Assembly (NCBI GenBank): GCA_050575255.1
Contig: JBNZDD010013730.1
Span: forward strand, 3,609,538 to 3,673,537
Direction: 5' to 3'
Length of the DNA: 64,000 nt
Source: Harriotta raleighana
Taxonomy: Eukaryota
The notes under the pieces are model-generated. The model made no database searches and was not told where the DNA came from. It saw only the letters and a program-made list of their open reading frames with translations. Shown piece after piece: positions 37,970 through 52,262 of this stretch; positions within the stretch are counted from its first letter, which is position 1; each line of letters opens with the position of its first letter. A program made the position numbers and the translations under genes.

Positions 37970-40299
37970 ATCTGTCGGAGATGGATTTGAACTCGGCTCC
38001 TGAATGTCAAAGGACACCATGTGAACACAGTGCAGCACTCAGTCTTGCAATTCTCAACATTGTGTTGATAATTTTGACTTGAAGTGTGTCGTTTTTTTAC
38101 CCCCCCAGATACGCTTGACATCACTTAACATTATAATTATTGCTTTTCAGCATCATCTGTACCTGAAAGTTCTTGAAAAGGGGGTTTGGCCCATTTTTTT
38201 CCATCTAAAATTGCCCCCTTCAGTCACTTCCGTTAAAACGGCAGCCACAATAAGGCTGATTGAGTGCTCGCCAAGCTCCTGAGAATGGCACGGATATCAA
38301 ATACATGCATCATACTTCAGCAAAACTAGAAAATCTCAGCTAACAAAAAAAATCTGTTTTGATCTGAGTTGCCATGGTAATAAGTCCATATTCTCCTCTT
38401 CAGAGGGCTCGTTATCTGGAGCATTGGTGATTTGCTTTCTGCTGGCCCCAACTCATTTGTCAAATAGGGTTTTTCTTTTTTCAAGATAAAGATTCACCTA
38501 AACAAGATTAACCAATGTTAACCGAAGCATATTTGTTTCAGAATATATGTTCACCCAGTTTAATGGGATTTAAACAAGCTAGAAGCCAAAAAAAACACTT
38601 AAATGTTTACATAATTCAGTGACGGGATATCTCATTATTAAATGTACCAGACTTTAACCACTGATGGATCAATAAACAGTACTGTAATTCAGGATTTTAA
38701 TAGTTTCCAACCATCCTTTCAAAACTCGGTTCTGCCACAATGGAAGAAAATAAATGCTTTGCAGCAGATCATTTCTTCATAAGTTGTAACATCAAATATA
38801 TCATCAACTTCTGCTTGTCTGTATCTCTAGATTTAGCACTTGCTATTACAGCGTTTTGGAGCCACCCAGAAACTTGCATTATAATCACCAGTGAAAGAGT
38901 TATTTTCCTATGTTTGCTCCCAGGCTCTTTAGTTCTCTACTCCAGTTCCTTTCAATTCCTGCCATCACTCATTGGATTCCCTAATCTAATGATGAATTAC
39001 TACCTTTCTGATAACTGGTAGGTTAGTGAAGAGAAGGCATAGGATGCATCTAGCAATACATCTGACCATCTGATCTTTTGCAGTCTGGTGGAGGGAATGA
39101 GACAACCTCACGTAACATATTCACTGTATTGGAGGCTCAGTTGTGGCAGTCTGACCCAAGCACCTGTTGCATTATTGAGCAGAAATTTCTACGCTGAATG
39201 CGGGAAAGAACCACAGCCACTTTAACTTGCCTATTATAGCCCTTGCAATCTCTTACAACAGCATCATCTCTCCCTCCAGAATTCTGTATATGTGAAGAGG
39301 AGATATCCTTTCCTTCCTCTTTATCATTTTGTGGCTACCTCTGGTGTTAAACTCATGAAAAATTAATAAGTCATAATTTAACATTGACAAAGAAACTGGG
39401 AATCAATGCACAAACAAAGGCGAGGGATAGTACACATTCTATCCAAACTTGCTGTAAATGGGAGAATGCAGTAACAGGGCACAATGGGCTAGATTTCCCC
39501 TATGCTAGGAGGCCTACAAATAGGCTCCTGGCATATATTCACACACCGTATGTGTATTCATACCTTATTAGTATATTTCATTTGGTTGGGTAACCAGGGT
39601 GGTCGAATTCAAAAATACATCATTTATGCAATTTATGCAGATCCACAGCCCCACTGCGCTGTAATTTTCCCAAACAATTCTCCACACAAAGAAATGCAGA
39701 AAAACATATTATTTCCCCTATGGCGAATCTAGTGCAGAACAACACTGATTTAATGAACATGACTTAAATAACTTCAATTTAAACAAGAGATCCAACAATT
39801 TATATTTACTGTACAGTACTTCCTTGACCTTAAAAATTAATCATGCAAACCAGCTCAGTGTGGATGTGAAGTCTGTGTTGCAGTTACTGTAAATCTGAAA
39901 AGGTTTTTCAGAACAAATACGAAAAGTTCAGTACACAGTGATCATTTAGTATGTTTACTATCTCCTGTTCATTCTAATTACCAATTCCCTTTGGATCCTT
40001 AAGGTTTAACTTCTTCCCTGACTGCCCTCTTGCTGTTGTAGAATTGGATGAATTTGGGGAATTATGTTTTGCATGGGTTGCTATGCTCTTTCTAGCTCTC
40101 TCTTGGTTTCCATAATCTCTTTTTGATCTGCTTCTGAATAATGTATTTAGTCCAATGGCCATCCTCTTCATTCTCCCCAAAAGCTTTGTAAATCTTTCTT
40201 TTTTCTTAATCTCACATTTAAGAAAGGGTTTGCATAATTTGCTCCTGCAAGGCTGGGACATGTTCTTCTCCTCAAACTATTCTTGAAAAACAATCATTA

Positions 40300-40579
40300 A
40301 AAAAAAATCCTTGCATTTGATATAGTGCTTTTCACATCTTCTGGACATCTCAAAGTGCTTCACGGAATAATATAGTGAATTAACTGTATATGTGGGCAAA
40401 ACGCGGCAGCCAATTGCACACAGCAGTGGATTGAAATGATCAATTTATTACTTTTTTGAGGGTTTATTATTAGATGTGTGGTGTAAGGAAACTTAACCAA
40501 GGTTTCACCCTGCCTAGAATTGAACTCGGGTCTCTCACTTGTAAGATGAGTGTTCTAACCATTGAGCTACAGGACTCCA
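40300..40579 (-). mobile_element. tRNA-head/Deu-like SINE, near full length
   Basis: Same family as 29542-29870, with a short internal deletion. Confidence 0.92.
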
Positions 40580-40929
40580 CATACCATCAAGAGATTTATC
40601 CTTAAATGATGCCCCCATTTTGTAATTAAGCTTTGTCCCTCATATTCCTCATTAGTGCATCTAAAGTTGTAGACTAATGCTTACAAGCCCATACTGTTTT
40701 ATAAATTAGAATTCCCCTCCAGAGAGTGGCAGGAATTATTTTATCTTTGCTACTGTACATCACTCACAATGGACATTGAATGTCCAGCTGCTGTCTTGGT
40801 TATAAAACATACAGCAATATATAGTACAGTACATAAAATGTTGCAATGTGTGCACAAGAGGACAATTTACATTTCTGTACTGCCAGGTCCTGAAGATTTT
40901 TCTAAATTCTGAATAGTTAAATCAGGATC

Positions 40930-41185
40930 TCACTCCTTCCTAATTCCATGTTGCTCGACAACCTTGTTCTCCTTATAGACTCATCTCAACTTCATCTCAG
41001 AGTCCGTCAACTTCATCGCCCTCCGCCTCCCACTCTCAAAACCCACCTTGAGATCTATCTTTTCGTCTCCGCTGTGCTCACCTCCCCTCACCCCACAGCC
41101 CAGACATCCATTTGGCAGTGTGAGGCACTTAGAAATCTCCTCCCGAAGTGATAGGCAGTATATCAATATAAATTGTTGTTATTGT
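40930..41185 (+). mobile_element. L2 3' fragment
   Basis: LKTHLEIYLF-type ORF end, C-rich UTR, tail gtgataggcagtatatcaatataaattgttgtt. Confidence 0.7.
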
Positions 41186-42139
41186 AAGGCCTCTTAGTGC
41201 TCTCATTTGGATTTTGATCATTGTGAAGGTTCCACTGCTTGTGCTCATTAATGCAACCTGTACCTCCTGACCAGTATTCTACTCCTGTTGCTGCTTTTGC
41301 TTATTACCAGCCTGTTAGTCAGAATCCTGTGCAGGAACACAGGCTGGTTTGACACTTGACGGACTTGCTGATTTGCCATTTCTCTTTCTGAAATCATTTG
41401 AGCTCAGGGATGTCTAAGGGATGGATGATCAAGTTTCAATGACTTCAATATTATGCCATCATTTTGGTCAATTTATTATTTTCTCATGCCTCATCTTAAT
41501 GTATAAATGCATTTCTGGATGTGGTGACATTGTTTACTTTGGGGAGTGTAGACAATTACAGGGAATATTGCACTGGCGCAGTTTGACATAACAGATCTTT
41601 TCTCAACTAGCATTGGATAAGTCAACTTTCACCCCATCTGGAGCTGGAGGTGAGGGGACCTCACATATTTTTTGTTCTGTGAACTAAATCTGGAAATTGG
41701 GCAAGGCATCTTCAGTCGGTATCTATGTTATTAGCTTTTATGAACCATCATGTTAAGCAGTATGTTTCACATTGCTAAACTATTGTGTTTTTTATTTGAA
41801 AGCGTAGAGTCAAAAATGTGGGTTTGGTTGACAACTGGCGTGCAAAATATGCAGCTTTTGTTGACAATGTGCAAATGAATACAAGTGCCTCAATTATACG
41901 ATAACCAATATAGAACCAAGGATTACAGAATCACACAGTCAATCCCAACCTTATCCTCTTCCTATTCCCATGCATGTTCATCTCCACCAGGAATTGCTAG
42001 TTAGCGAACAGAAGACTGAAATCCCAGTCAGCATTCCATTTTGCAGCTTTGCAGATGCACGATTATAACTCATTAGAGTCCAACATCATCAATGTTATGA
42101 CATGGAAGACCAAAGGGAATTTCAGCCCACAAGAGCAAA

Positions 42140-42308
42140 AACCCTGGCTGGTTTCCTTTGTCTAACTCTGGGGCCCAGTAGATAATTGTAGCACCCCTAC
42201 TGCCACCTTGGTTGAGATCAACTAAATCAACACAGATAAGGATCAAAGGTGGAATCTTCCAGAGTCTGTGTGATGTAGCGGTATCCTGCAGAACTCACTG
42301 AGACATCA
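42140..42308 (-). mobile_element. Ancient SINE-like family (copy 2)
   Basis: Reverse complement tgtgttgatttagttgatctcaaccaaggtggcagtaggggtgctacaatt resembles 18765-18820. Confidence 0.6.
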
Positions 42309-45300
42309 ATGGAAATATTAATAATATTTTATAGCTGCCGCACAGAAATCACTTTGAGACAAAAATACCCACCAGCTAAATATAAAAACTTAGGAGTGTA
42401 CAGGATTGAAATACACCATTGTGGTCCATCTGACAGATTTCAATTGAATATACTAAACAGGTACAGGCTGCAAAAAGAAAAGACCAATTTCAGCAGGGGT
42501 CAGATTTTGAAACTGAACTAGAATATTCATTCGACCAATAATGTATACAATCTATAATATTGCATATAAATAAACACCAAATTGTTAATGTCAGGCATGT
42601 GGATGGAAGTATCTATTATTAACCGCTCCTTAACTGCACAGGTGAGATTCTTTCAAAAAGATGTTGAACTGTGGAAGTCAGCTGCCTGGATAGTTGCACA
42701 TCACGTTGCCAATTGAAACCCCAGCAGATCTCACAGGGGCAGAGCTGCAGCATATCTTCCCTTATAATTGAACTGGGCTTTGAGATTTCTTTGTCTTGAT
42801 ATATCCCTTAATGCACAGTCTCCAGCCATCAGCGGAGTGCATGACGGGAAAAATCCCGTTACCCCATTCAGTAGTGCCAAGTGGACAGGATCAAGTAGGG
42901 CTGGGACTTGGGAATGGCAGAAATATTGGCAGGTAAGTAATCAGAACTAGGCACATGACAGACACAGAGCAGGTTGTTTAGTTCCCAGACCTCATTTACA
43001 ATATGTCTGTTCGAAAGAGTTCCCAATCTCCCTCAAGCAGAAGTTGTAGCAATGATCTAAATTAACTAGAAAAATAAATCCACATGATACAGGTTTTGAT
43101 ATCTCATTAACAGGCAGACTTGCTCCATATATCTGTTTGACATGAAAGACCATGTCTAAATGGAATTAAGGCTAAAATTACTGATACAACAAGAAAATTG
43201 CCAGTGACTATAAATATTTGAAAACAGCTAACTACTTTCACAGAAGCCCAGTTGTCTACATTAGACCTGTTAAGAGAGAGCTGTACTTGTGGTCTCCTCA
43301 GCTATTTTAATGACTCCTCTTGTGCATAAGAAATTAATTAATATTCCTATGAGCACACGTTGCTCAGCCTCATTAATCAATAAGTGCTTGTTCCTCTACA
43401 CAATAACAATTACCATACTGGATAATTAATTTTTTTTACATTTGACTTTCTACCCGAGCTCCCAAAGCTTAAGTTACTTGACATTAGACCTCTTATTTAG
43501 TTAAGACATTTTTTTTTTGTCCCTTTAACTCTCTTGCTCTGTTTGCTATGGAAGCCAGAATTTGGCAGGGTTTTACTGCCTGAAAATGAGCCAACTGAAA
43601 AGTTAACATAGTGCATTATGGTGAATTAATAGGTCACCACACCAGATTTCCCTCAAAGAGACATGCAGAAAGCTATACATTGACAATGAATGTACATTAT
43701 AATCTTTAAAAGATGAGCAGAATGAGTTGTGATATGTTTGAAGGATTTTAATTCAAAGCACAGATAATTTAATCTAAATGTTTAAAAGGTCTATTGTTCA
43801 GCCCCATCACAAGCTCATTGTGCTTTTAGTTGGAAACACTTAAACAATTTTATTATAAGCACATTAGGAAATCATAACGTGCAATTTTAAAGCAACAGGA
43901 ATAAATTCACTGCTGACACTTTACTGACAATATTAAAAAGTTTCATTTCTGGATAACATTTTATGCCGTTACTTTATTTTAAAAATAAAAGGTTTTAACC
44001 TATCAAATTAGAAAAAATGTTTGAAAATAGAATCAGGAGGAAATGTTTCGAACTTTTCTTTGTGCTATTTGTCCTTTTTTTGCTGTCTTCTCAGTTTGAT
44101 ACAGGAGGAAAAACAGCTCAGAAAAACAAATATTATCCATATTTACAGACAACGCTAATCTACTGCCAAGACTCCCAAATGTACATTTGTACTACACTCT
44201 AATGTTGCTTTGTAGCTTCCAAAACCTTTCTGTCTTGAAAGGATTGAGGATAAAATAAACGCACGTAAGAGAGCATTGGACAATATTTAGAAGTTTAAGT
44301 CTATGTCTGACTAAATAGCTCCTTATTTCTGGTACAATTGCCTTGAATCGTATGCTGCTTACAACATGCTGAAGTATCTCTCTTGTTTAGAAAAAAATAT
44401 TGAAGTGAAATTTTACAACCGACTTTCATAACTACAGAATATATTTAAAAGCACAAACATCAAAATCTTGGTATGGGAAAAAGCATATGTTTTCTTATTG
44501 GTCTACAACTACGAGAGGAAAAACCCTCTTTATATATAAAAAAAACAAGAGCTGTCACTTTGTATATGGAGGGGAAGAAATTCCTGTGTTTATATCTGTG
44601 GAAATGTCAATATCTCTAAAGGTAGTTTTACGGTTCATTCATACACTAATAAGAAATCATTACACTTTTTAAAACTTATTGACAATTGCAGAGAGGCATT
44701 TAATGGAGGAAAAGGCTTTTTTGCAGTTCGTTAGGTTGCGCATTCTAAATTGACTCTTCAGAATAGCTGAGTATCAAGCAGCAAACGCATTTGAAGTAGA
44801 AGAACACCAAATCAGGCATACCAGAACAATAAAGCCACCATTTTTGGCAGTTTTCAAGTAGAACACATAAATACACTGACAGGAAAAATTGTGCATTGTA
44901 AATTATTTATTATTTAATACCCTGTAAATTTTTACAAAACTTGTCCGAAAGATTGAACTTCACGGTGTGCTGCTAAATGTGCTGTGTGTCATCTCTGATG
45001 GGCCAATGTTCAGTATTTTACTTTACCTATAATTAAAAACAATGGCTGAAGTGGATGTACAATGTTAAGTTAAAGGCAAAGCCCCATCCCTATAAACAGC
45101 AGAATCATGGAATGAATATATTAATAATAATGAATGCTAAAGTGCACATCATGGGTTTTATACTTCCAGAAAGTATTCTTCATGTTGCAGAAGACAAGAG
45201 CTTTGGTTATAAAAATTTAAGGCACTGAATATTACTTCAGAGGATTGGATGCAAAATATGTAAGCAGCAGTCAAGCAATATCTGTCTAGCAATGAGTCAT

Positions 45301-45747
45301 AATGGAGAACAGCAAAATTATCAGTTGTGCTTGTCGACATTCCATAAAACTTTAATTTAACTTGAATCTAGGGAGACAAAAATGATGATTAATATGCGGA
45401 ATAAAGACCAGATAATGTCTTTCGGTTCAGAATGTGGTGCCAGGATCGTTCAGTACCAATTTGCAAATACTTGCACTTACACATTGTAGCTGTACACATA
45501 TATGCAGTAAAAATAAACACATGAATCATTTGATATAAACCCTAGGCACAAAGCTTAAGGAGTTTGAATACTGTTGTAATTTAATGTTCTACCACATTTA
45601 TTTTTAAAATTGTATTAAGAAGGAATATATTGATTATATTCAAGAAATTTATTTCTCTTGCATTTCACGTTCAAAGCAGTTAAAGGAAGCAAATAAAAAT
45701 GCTTGTTATATAGAACAATATGAAATATTTCCATGAAAATTAAAACA

Positions 45748-46015
45748 TAAGGGGAGTCAGTAACCAGGGGACTTAGGTTAAAATAGCACAAGCAGAATGA
45801 AAAGAGAACTAAGGAGGATATGTTTCACTCAGAGAGTGGCTGAGATGTGGAATGGAATACACTGTCAAGTAGGGTAGTGAACATATATTCCATTGCAGCT
45901 TTTAAGAGGCAAGTGGACAGGTATTTGAAGGTGAGTGGCTTGAAGGGTGTTATACTTGTTCTGTGAAGGCTTCATGGGCTGAATGGCCTTCTATCATTCT
46001 GCAGATTTCTGTGTT
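45748..46015 (+). mobile_element. CR1 LINE 3' end
   Basis: ggggagtcagtaaccagggga...ttcactcagagagtggctgagatgtggaat...gggctgaatggcctt parallels 60000-60300. Confidence 0.85.
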
Positions 46016-46115
46016 TGTACTATTAGCTGCAGAAAAGATTACATTATCTTTACCAATTCTTAATATAGAAAATAGCTGATCACAATCTCGCATGTGCATT
46101 TTGTGGGCTAGTTAT

Positions 46116-46298
46116 ACTAATAGTAATCCTTCCATTTGATATAGCGCTTTTCACATCTTCTAGGCGTCTCAAAGCGCTTCACAGAATATACTGTAAAGTG
46201 AATTGACGGTATATTTGTGGGCAAAATGCAGCGGTCAATTGCGCACAGTGGTGTCCCAAAAACAGTCGTGGATTGATTTGACTGAATTATCTCATTTA
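46116..46298 (-). mobile_element. Deu-type SINE 3' half
   Basis: High similarity to the reverse complement of 29690-29860. Confidence 0.92.
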
Positions 46299-47059
46299 TA
46301 GTTGCGGCATTCCTGAATGGTTCCATTTTTCCTCTCAGGACTTGACTGTATTTCATGCTTGTTCTTACAAATGGCACGGAAATATGAATGTTACGCAAAA
46401 CTACTTGATGAAGCAGTTTAGTGGGAATTGCAATTTTTCTCGATACCAAATACTGATGAATAAATAAATAAATGTACGCTCATTCAACATGAAAGCCTCA
46501 AATCCATGAAGTCTGCAGCTTTCTCTGCTTCAAATATTTGACAATCGATTCCCTATATGCTGGAAGTAGAGGCAGTAATTATCAGCCTAGACCAACTCAT
46601 TGATTAGGGCTTCCATAGGAGAGTAAGCATTGACTAATCATTATTTATTCCTCTAGGGGTTTATCATTTTTGTAGTAATTGTTTTTCTTTAAAGTTTACT
46701 CAGCCAGAAAGCAAACTTTTCATTTCGGATCTAAAACAAATGCACAATTTCGCCCCTGCCTAAATCAAAGTGTTTTGTTTGCATGTGAAATAATTATTTG
46801 CTTTTCAGTTTTAAATCATTTGGTTTGACTGGAAATATAACAGTTACATAAATATCATGCATCCTCCTTACAAATGAGCAATACTGAACATGCAGGAGCT
46901 CAGTGGATTGCAACTGAGGATACCCAGCAGTAGAACAAGATTGTGGATTTCATCTTTCAGCTACAAATTACTATTGCTGGTTTTAAACAACAACAACGGC
47001 GAACAAAATAATCTTCCCTGCAATTTTCTCTTGTGCAGATCACCCACACAGCCATATTA

Positions 47060-47300
47060 TTTGTGTGATCTTAGAACTTTATGGCGTCAGCCTTTCTGCC
47101 CCTGCTGCCCTATGGAAGTCAATCATCGAGCCCCTTCGCCTCAGCCCCTCCCTTGCCTCCTTCAATATCCTTCCTCTTCGACCATTCCTTTGGTCATGTT
47201 CCCTTGCCCGCCATCTCTCTTGACTCCAGCGCCCATCTCGGGTGCCAACCATTCACTGCCTAGCACTTTGGGAAGTCCATCTGATATGAAATACCTCGCT
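47060..47300 (+). mobile_element. L2 3' fragment
   Basis: C-rich ORF2 end and UTR similar to 5700-5950; tail agcactttgggaagtcc...tgaaa. Confidence 0.75.
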
Positions 47301-47304
47301 GGGA

Positions 47305-47475
47305 GCAGTGGTTGAGCGGAATCAAAAATAGCTTTAAGAAAGGGAACTAGATAAATGCCCCCAAAAGGAGTCAACCACAGAGTTATGGGGTAAATGGTTT
47401 TGAAGGGATTGCATTTAAGAGCCACCTTATGATGGACTGAATGGGCTTTTTCTGGCGGTTTTTTGTGATCTACAT
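47305..47475 (+). mobile_element. CR1 3' tail (old)
   Basis: aatagctttaagaaagggaactagataaat...gatggactgaatgggc. Confidence 0.6.
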
Positions 47476-47514
47476 TGCGTGAAATGTCCAGAATTTCCAA
47501 GTATTGTTACTCCA

Positions 47515-47626
47515 GTGAAGATCAGCTAAATCAGCAGAGATCAAAGGCAGAACATTGAACCTTCCTAATCTGTACATCTCAGTTACGTAGGGCAAACTGC
47601 TGGCAGACTGAGCTGTCAGAGGAGAT
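47515..47626 (-). mobile_element. Ancient SINE-like family (copy 3, head)
   Basis: gatcagctaaatcagcagagatc...gaaccttcctaatctgt...actgagctgtcagaggag. Confidence 0.5.
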
Positions 47627-48004
47627 ATGGTTGTACATTTTAAAAAGAATATTTAAATATTTTATGGAAAATTTTAAGAAAACGTTTTCTTAATGTCTGT
47701 GCACTCTGGTGGGAATCTGCTGCAGCTCATCAGTGCCAGAGGCTGCAGGATAAAACTTCAGTTTTCATAATTCTACTACCGTGTTGGGATTCCCGAAAAT
47801 ATTCTACACCATAAAACAACATGAGCGCAGAATTTCAGGCAGCGATAATACATTTACCATTCCTGATTGCTGCCCCACACTGGTCTATAGCACAGTGTGT
47901 AATGTCCTGAATTTGTTACAATTGCTCCTTGGGTTAACAACAAAATCATAAATAGCAAAATGCAAAATAGGGATTATTAATATCCGGTATCCCAATGATA
48001 TAAG

Positions 48005-48372
48005 TAATCATCCTTACATTTATAGCACCTTTCACCATGTGAAGAATTACTGTAAGTATAGTGATTGTATTTTGTAGGCAAACAAAGTGGTTAATTTTGG
48101 GCACATTTTATGTCCCACAAACAGCCTTGAAGAAATGACCAATTTTATCTGGGGGGGTTGTTGGTCAGCACACCAGGAGAAATTCCTTTGTATAATAAAA
48201 TAGTATCATGGGATTGTTAATATCCACTTGAGCTGGCAGATTGGACTTGAGTTTACTATCTCATCTGACAATGCAGCTTTCCCCCAGCACTATTTTGGAC
48301 TGTCAGCCTCAACTGTGAGCTCAAAGTCCCATCATGGGGCTCGAAACCACAAACTTCCGACACCGAAGCGAT
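48005..48372 (-). mobile_element. Older DeuSINE-like element (SacSINE1/AmnSINE-type layout)
   Basis: Reversed tRNA head, long central domain (caccaggagaa, catgggat, tctcatctgacaatgcagc...cagcact, gtcagcct), gtcccacaaacagc, L2-like tail. Confidence 0.75.
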
Positions 48373-48572
48373 AAAATGATGATATTTACAAAATCAGTGT
48401 TGTATAATTGCACGAACTAACAAATAGCAAATTATTTACAGAGTAAGAAATTGCAAACAACAATTTCAATACCAGTATAATCTTTTTTTTTTTAAAAACT
48501 GTTGTGCGCCATCATTAGTAAAAGATAAAGCTACATTACAAATGCAGAATAAAAAAGTTCAACGAGAATCTA

Positions 48573-48640
48573 TAACAACAACATCAATTTTGATTTATAT
48601 AGCGTCCTCCATGCCGGATGGCGTCCCAGAGCATTTGAAT
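48573..48640 (-). mobile_element. Solo L2-type tail
   Basis: aacaacaacatcaattttgatttatatagcgtcctccatgccggatggcgtcccagagc. Confidence 0.7.
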
Positions 48641-49396
48641 CATGACCAAAACAGAGTACAATACTGAAAAGTGCAGGACCTTATTGGAATAAATTACATC
48701 TCATTTCAAACAGAAATCTAACATAATCTCAAAATGGATAGTCTGGTCAAGTTTGGCTTTGCATCGTGTAGCTGGAAACAAAGTTTAAGCAAATTCTTAC
48801 ATTTTATGGTAAGAAAATATTGAATGTGCATTACTAGATGTGTAACACCTTTGGTCGTAAATTCAATTTCTACTGTCCATGAATGTAAATAGTGTAATAA
48901 CATTCTGGATTTGATTGCTGGGACCTCGTATTGGCAAGCTTCATGATTGCAGATAGTTAACTGTCACAGTTACACCAAAATACACTTGGGGGTCCCCAAA
49001 GCCTTGATTATCACCAGCCGGATGTTGTCTGAGATTAGGGAAGGAGTGTGGGTCACTCTATGGAGAGAATGTGTGTTCCATTCCAGACACAAGGACATTT
49101 TCCCGGTGTGGGTGGCGTGCATATTTTGGAAGAGTGTGTTCTCTTTTTCCTCTCCAATCAATCACACGTCCGGTGCAGTTAGAGCAGGTAAAATAAGTAA
49201 CGTTTTCTGGTTGAATTGGTTGAATTTCATGGGCACAAGTCAGTTTGCACCAAATCACACATCTGCACTTAACATTCATCAAGAGTGGTTCATCTGTTCA
49301 ATAGAGTATTCTTTGAAAAGTGAAAAATTGCACTGCTGGGAACAAAACTAACCTAAGCTGTGTCCAATCTCACAGCAAGTGAGGAGTGGGAGCTCA

Positions 49397-49470
49397 GCAA
49401 CAACAACAAAATTACATTTGTACAGCTCCTTTCACGTCGGGAGGACATCCCAAGGCACTGGACAGTCACT
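49397..49470 (-). mobile_element. Solo L2 3' stem-loop tail
   Basis: caacaacaacaaaattacatttgtacagctcctttcacgtcgggaggacatcccaaggcactggacagtc. Confidence 0.9.
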
Positions 49471-49620
49471 GTTTCAGATATACAACATTTAATTTTTATT
49501 ATACTTGCAGACAAGAATTTTCTTTGTGTATTTGGGGATTTTTAAATTTTCATTACAATTGTTGGTGCAGGGATGTTTTTCGCAATCTATCTTCTAGATG
49601 ATTTGTGGGTTGCAACCTTA

Positions 49621-49684
49621 ACAGCGCCTTGGGACATCATCCTGACGTGATAGGTACTATACAAGTCTAATTTTGTTGTTGTTC
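49621..49684 (+). mobile_element. Solo L2 3' stem-loop tail
   Basis: cagcgccttgggacatcatcctgacgtgataggtactatacaagtctaattttgttgttg. Confidence 0.9.
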
Positions 49685-49714
49685 ATACAAATAGCCAGGA
49701 CAGTGCTGTGAAGT

Positions 49715-50092
49715 AATGATAATAGTAATCCTTAGCATTTGATATAGCATCTTATCACGTCTTCGAGACGTCTCGGAGCACTTCACAGAATGTGCTGTAA
49801 AATGAATTGACAGTATATTTTATGAGCGAAAAGCAGAAGCCAATTGAGCCCAGCAGTCTCCCACAAACAGTCATGGATTAAGTGACAAATTATTATTTCG
49901 TTTTTGTTGCTTTTTATTTTTGTAGGGATTTTTACGCTCAGTAAAGCAATCCGCCAATCTACTAACAACCGGGTTCCTATTTACTACTGGGTGTGGAGTT
50001 GAGAAACTTGCCTCACATTTTGCCCTGCCTGGGAATTGAACCCAGGTCCTCTCGATTGTGAAGTGAGTACTCTAACCAATATGCTACACGTC
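49715..50092 (-). mobile_element. tRNA-head SINE, variant with an extra internal segment
   Basis: Same head and tail as the main family, plus a segment at ~49935-49995 (ccgggttcctatttactactgggtg). Confidence 0.85.
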
Positions 50093-50146
50093 AATTCCCT
50101 CAGTTATTTAACCATGTTCATAGAACTGTACCCTGTGCATTGGCAT

Positions 50147-50424
50147 AAGGCTAAGCAGCGGGAATCTTTATTTTTCAGTTTTACAGGTATTCTATCTGTG
50201 ACTGGGGTTCAGCTCATCAGTGGGTGTGAGAGAAGGCATCAACGGTCTCATTAATAGCTATTTTTCTCTCTTATAATAGAACATCNAAGGCTAAGCAGCG
50301 GGAATCTTTATTTTTCAGTTTTACAGGTATTCTATCAGTGACTGGGGTTCAGCTCATCAGTGGGTGTGAGAGAAGGCATCAACAGTCTCATTAATAGCTA
50401 TTTTTCTCTCTTATAATAGAACAT
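50147..50424. repeat. ~138-bp duplication around a single N (50286); probable assembly artefact
   Basis: Two copies differing at two positions. Confidence 0.9.
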
Positions 50425-52262
50425 TGGCATTTGGCAAAGACGAATAAATAATAAGCATTATTTTCAGTCATTTCAATCACTGCCTTGACTTTCAAATAGA
50501 AGATAAATTATTTACGTACTGACTATTTTAAATATTCTCAGTCCCTCCTCCAAGTGCTACTTAACTTACACAGGAATTAAAGTAGTTCTTAGCACCTGTC
50601 TCACCCCATGTCAGTATACTGAACTAAGATTCTATTTATTTCAATTGGTAGAAATATGGGTAAATTACTTACTTGATCATCCATATAGTAATAAAACACA
50701 CTTAAGAAAAATGAGAGAGAATGTATTGAAATACTTCTGGAATCATTTTTTCAAAAGCATCAGAAAAAGTCATAATATTGCCCACCATAATAATTTATAT
50801 AACACGATTTCCCACCAATGTTACGCTCATGTTTCCCATATCATTTGGGAAAGAAATCACAAATTACCATGTAGGAAATGATAAACCAGCTTTAAACATT
50901 AATAAAACAGAGTTACAGCTATAAGCCTACAAAGCAAGAAAATAAGGCTTTAATTTTCATTTTGAAATCCTTATTGTTATTTCTGGAATATTTTCAATGG
51001 TTCTACCATTTTGTATAAAGCTGAAACATTCTAACAAACAATGTAAAGATTTTATTGAAATGCAGGGATCTTACAGTGAAAAGCAAATCAAATGCGGCTT
51101 TGATGGATAAGACGTGTAGCTTTAAAATTAATTTTAAAAAGTGAAACAGCTATTCTTTAATGACTGCAGCTACAGATTGCCCAGCTTTTAACAATATTGT
51201 TCAAAATAGGTCAACAAACAAGGGAGGTACAAATAATTTGTCCACTGTATCTCTAACCTGGAGGAGTTGAGATGGGGTCAAGAGATGTTTTGAAATGCAG
51301 TCGCCTCTATTGATATACAATGAATTGCCTGTCGAAACATTTCTGACCATGCTCTACCTTCTGTATCAAATTGTTGTGGCACATTGAAAAAAACACACCT
51401 GCTCACTCTAAGGCACTGACTCAATCGATGGTTAAGTAACTTTAAGGTTCAGATCCATACAGTTATTGATATTTTTACTGGAAAGCAATCAATGCAGAAG
51501 CAGGGTGAAGCATCTGAGCCAGCCTTTTAAATGACAGCTTTCGTATTGTGGGAAGTAAATTAATTGATTAAATGAATGACAAAATTGGAAGTAAGGCATG
51601 TAAATCCATTCTTGACTTCACAGAGCTATTGGAAAACGTTTTTTTTTCTCCCCAGATGTGAGAGCTCTGTCCTTTCAGTTTGATATGTATGAAATTGTAA
51701 TGCTTAAATACCCTTTGATGAATGTTAATTTCCAACATTTGATTGTTTACTCAGTCATTTGGGAATATGAAAGTTTTTACAATTTCCCAACTTGAATTGG
51801 AACTTCTTTAATAATCGATTAGACTTCATAACTTTTACCTTGTGGGAGCTTCCAAAAAAAATCCAACAGGACAACTTTTCAAAGTGATATGTGCTTCATT
51901 ATTTCACTTTGCTTCACTGTGTTGTGACCTGTAGAGTTTGTGCTGAAGTCAGACCTATTGCACTCTTTGCTTTTGTCAATATTGTCTCCAATAACTAATA
52001 ACCAAGGCCGCTGACAGAACAGATGCGAGCAATTGCAAACAGCTGTAAAGTATTACTCATCTTGCTAATCAAAATGACTTTCTGCTGAATAAACCATGAA
52101 AAAAGCTTTTTCACCATCAGTGCGCTGAAGTAGAAATGATACAAGCTGCAAAGAGTCTACCCTGGTAGATTAACAAAGATTGAATTTTCCTACAGAAATG
52201 TGTTAGTGTTCATCTAAAACTGCAAACGGTTTAGAAAAATGTCTCTTCTTCATACGCCATCA

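Noticed and set aside
39974-40261. Basic 95-aa - strand ORF
   Set aside because: Explained by pyrimidine-rich + strand composition; no acceptor and no homology recognised.
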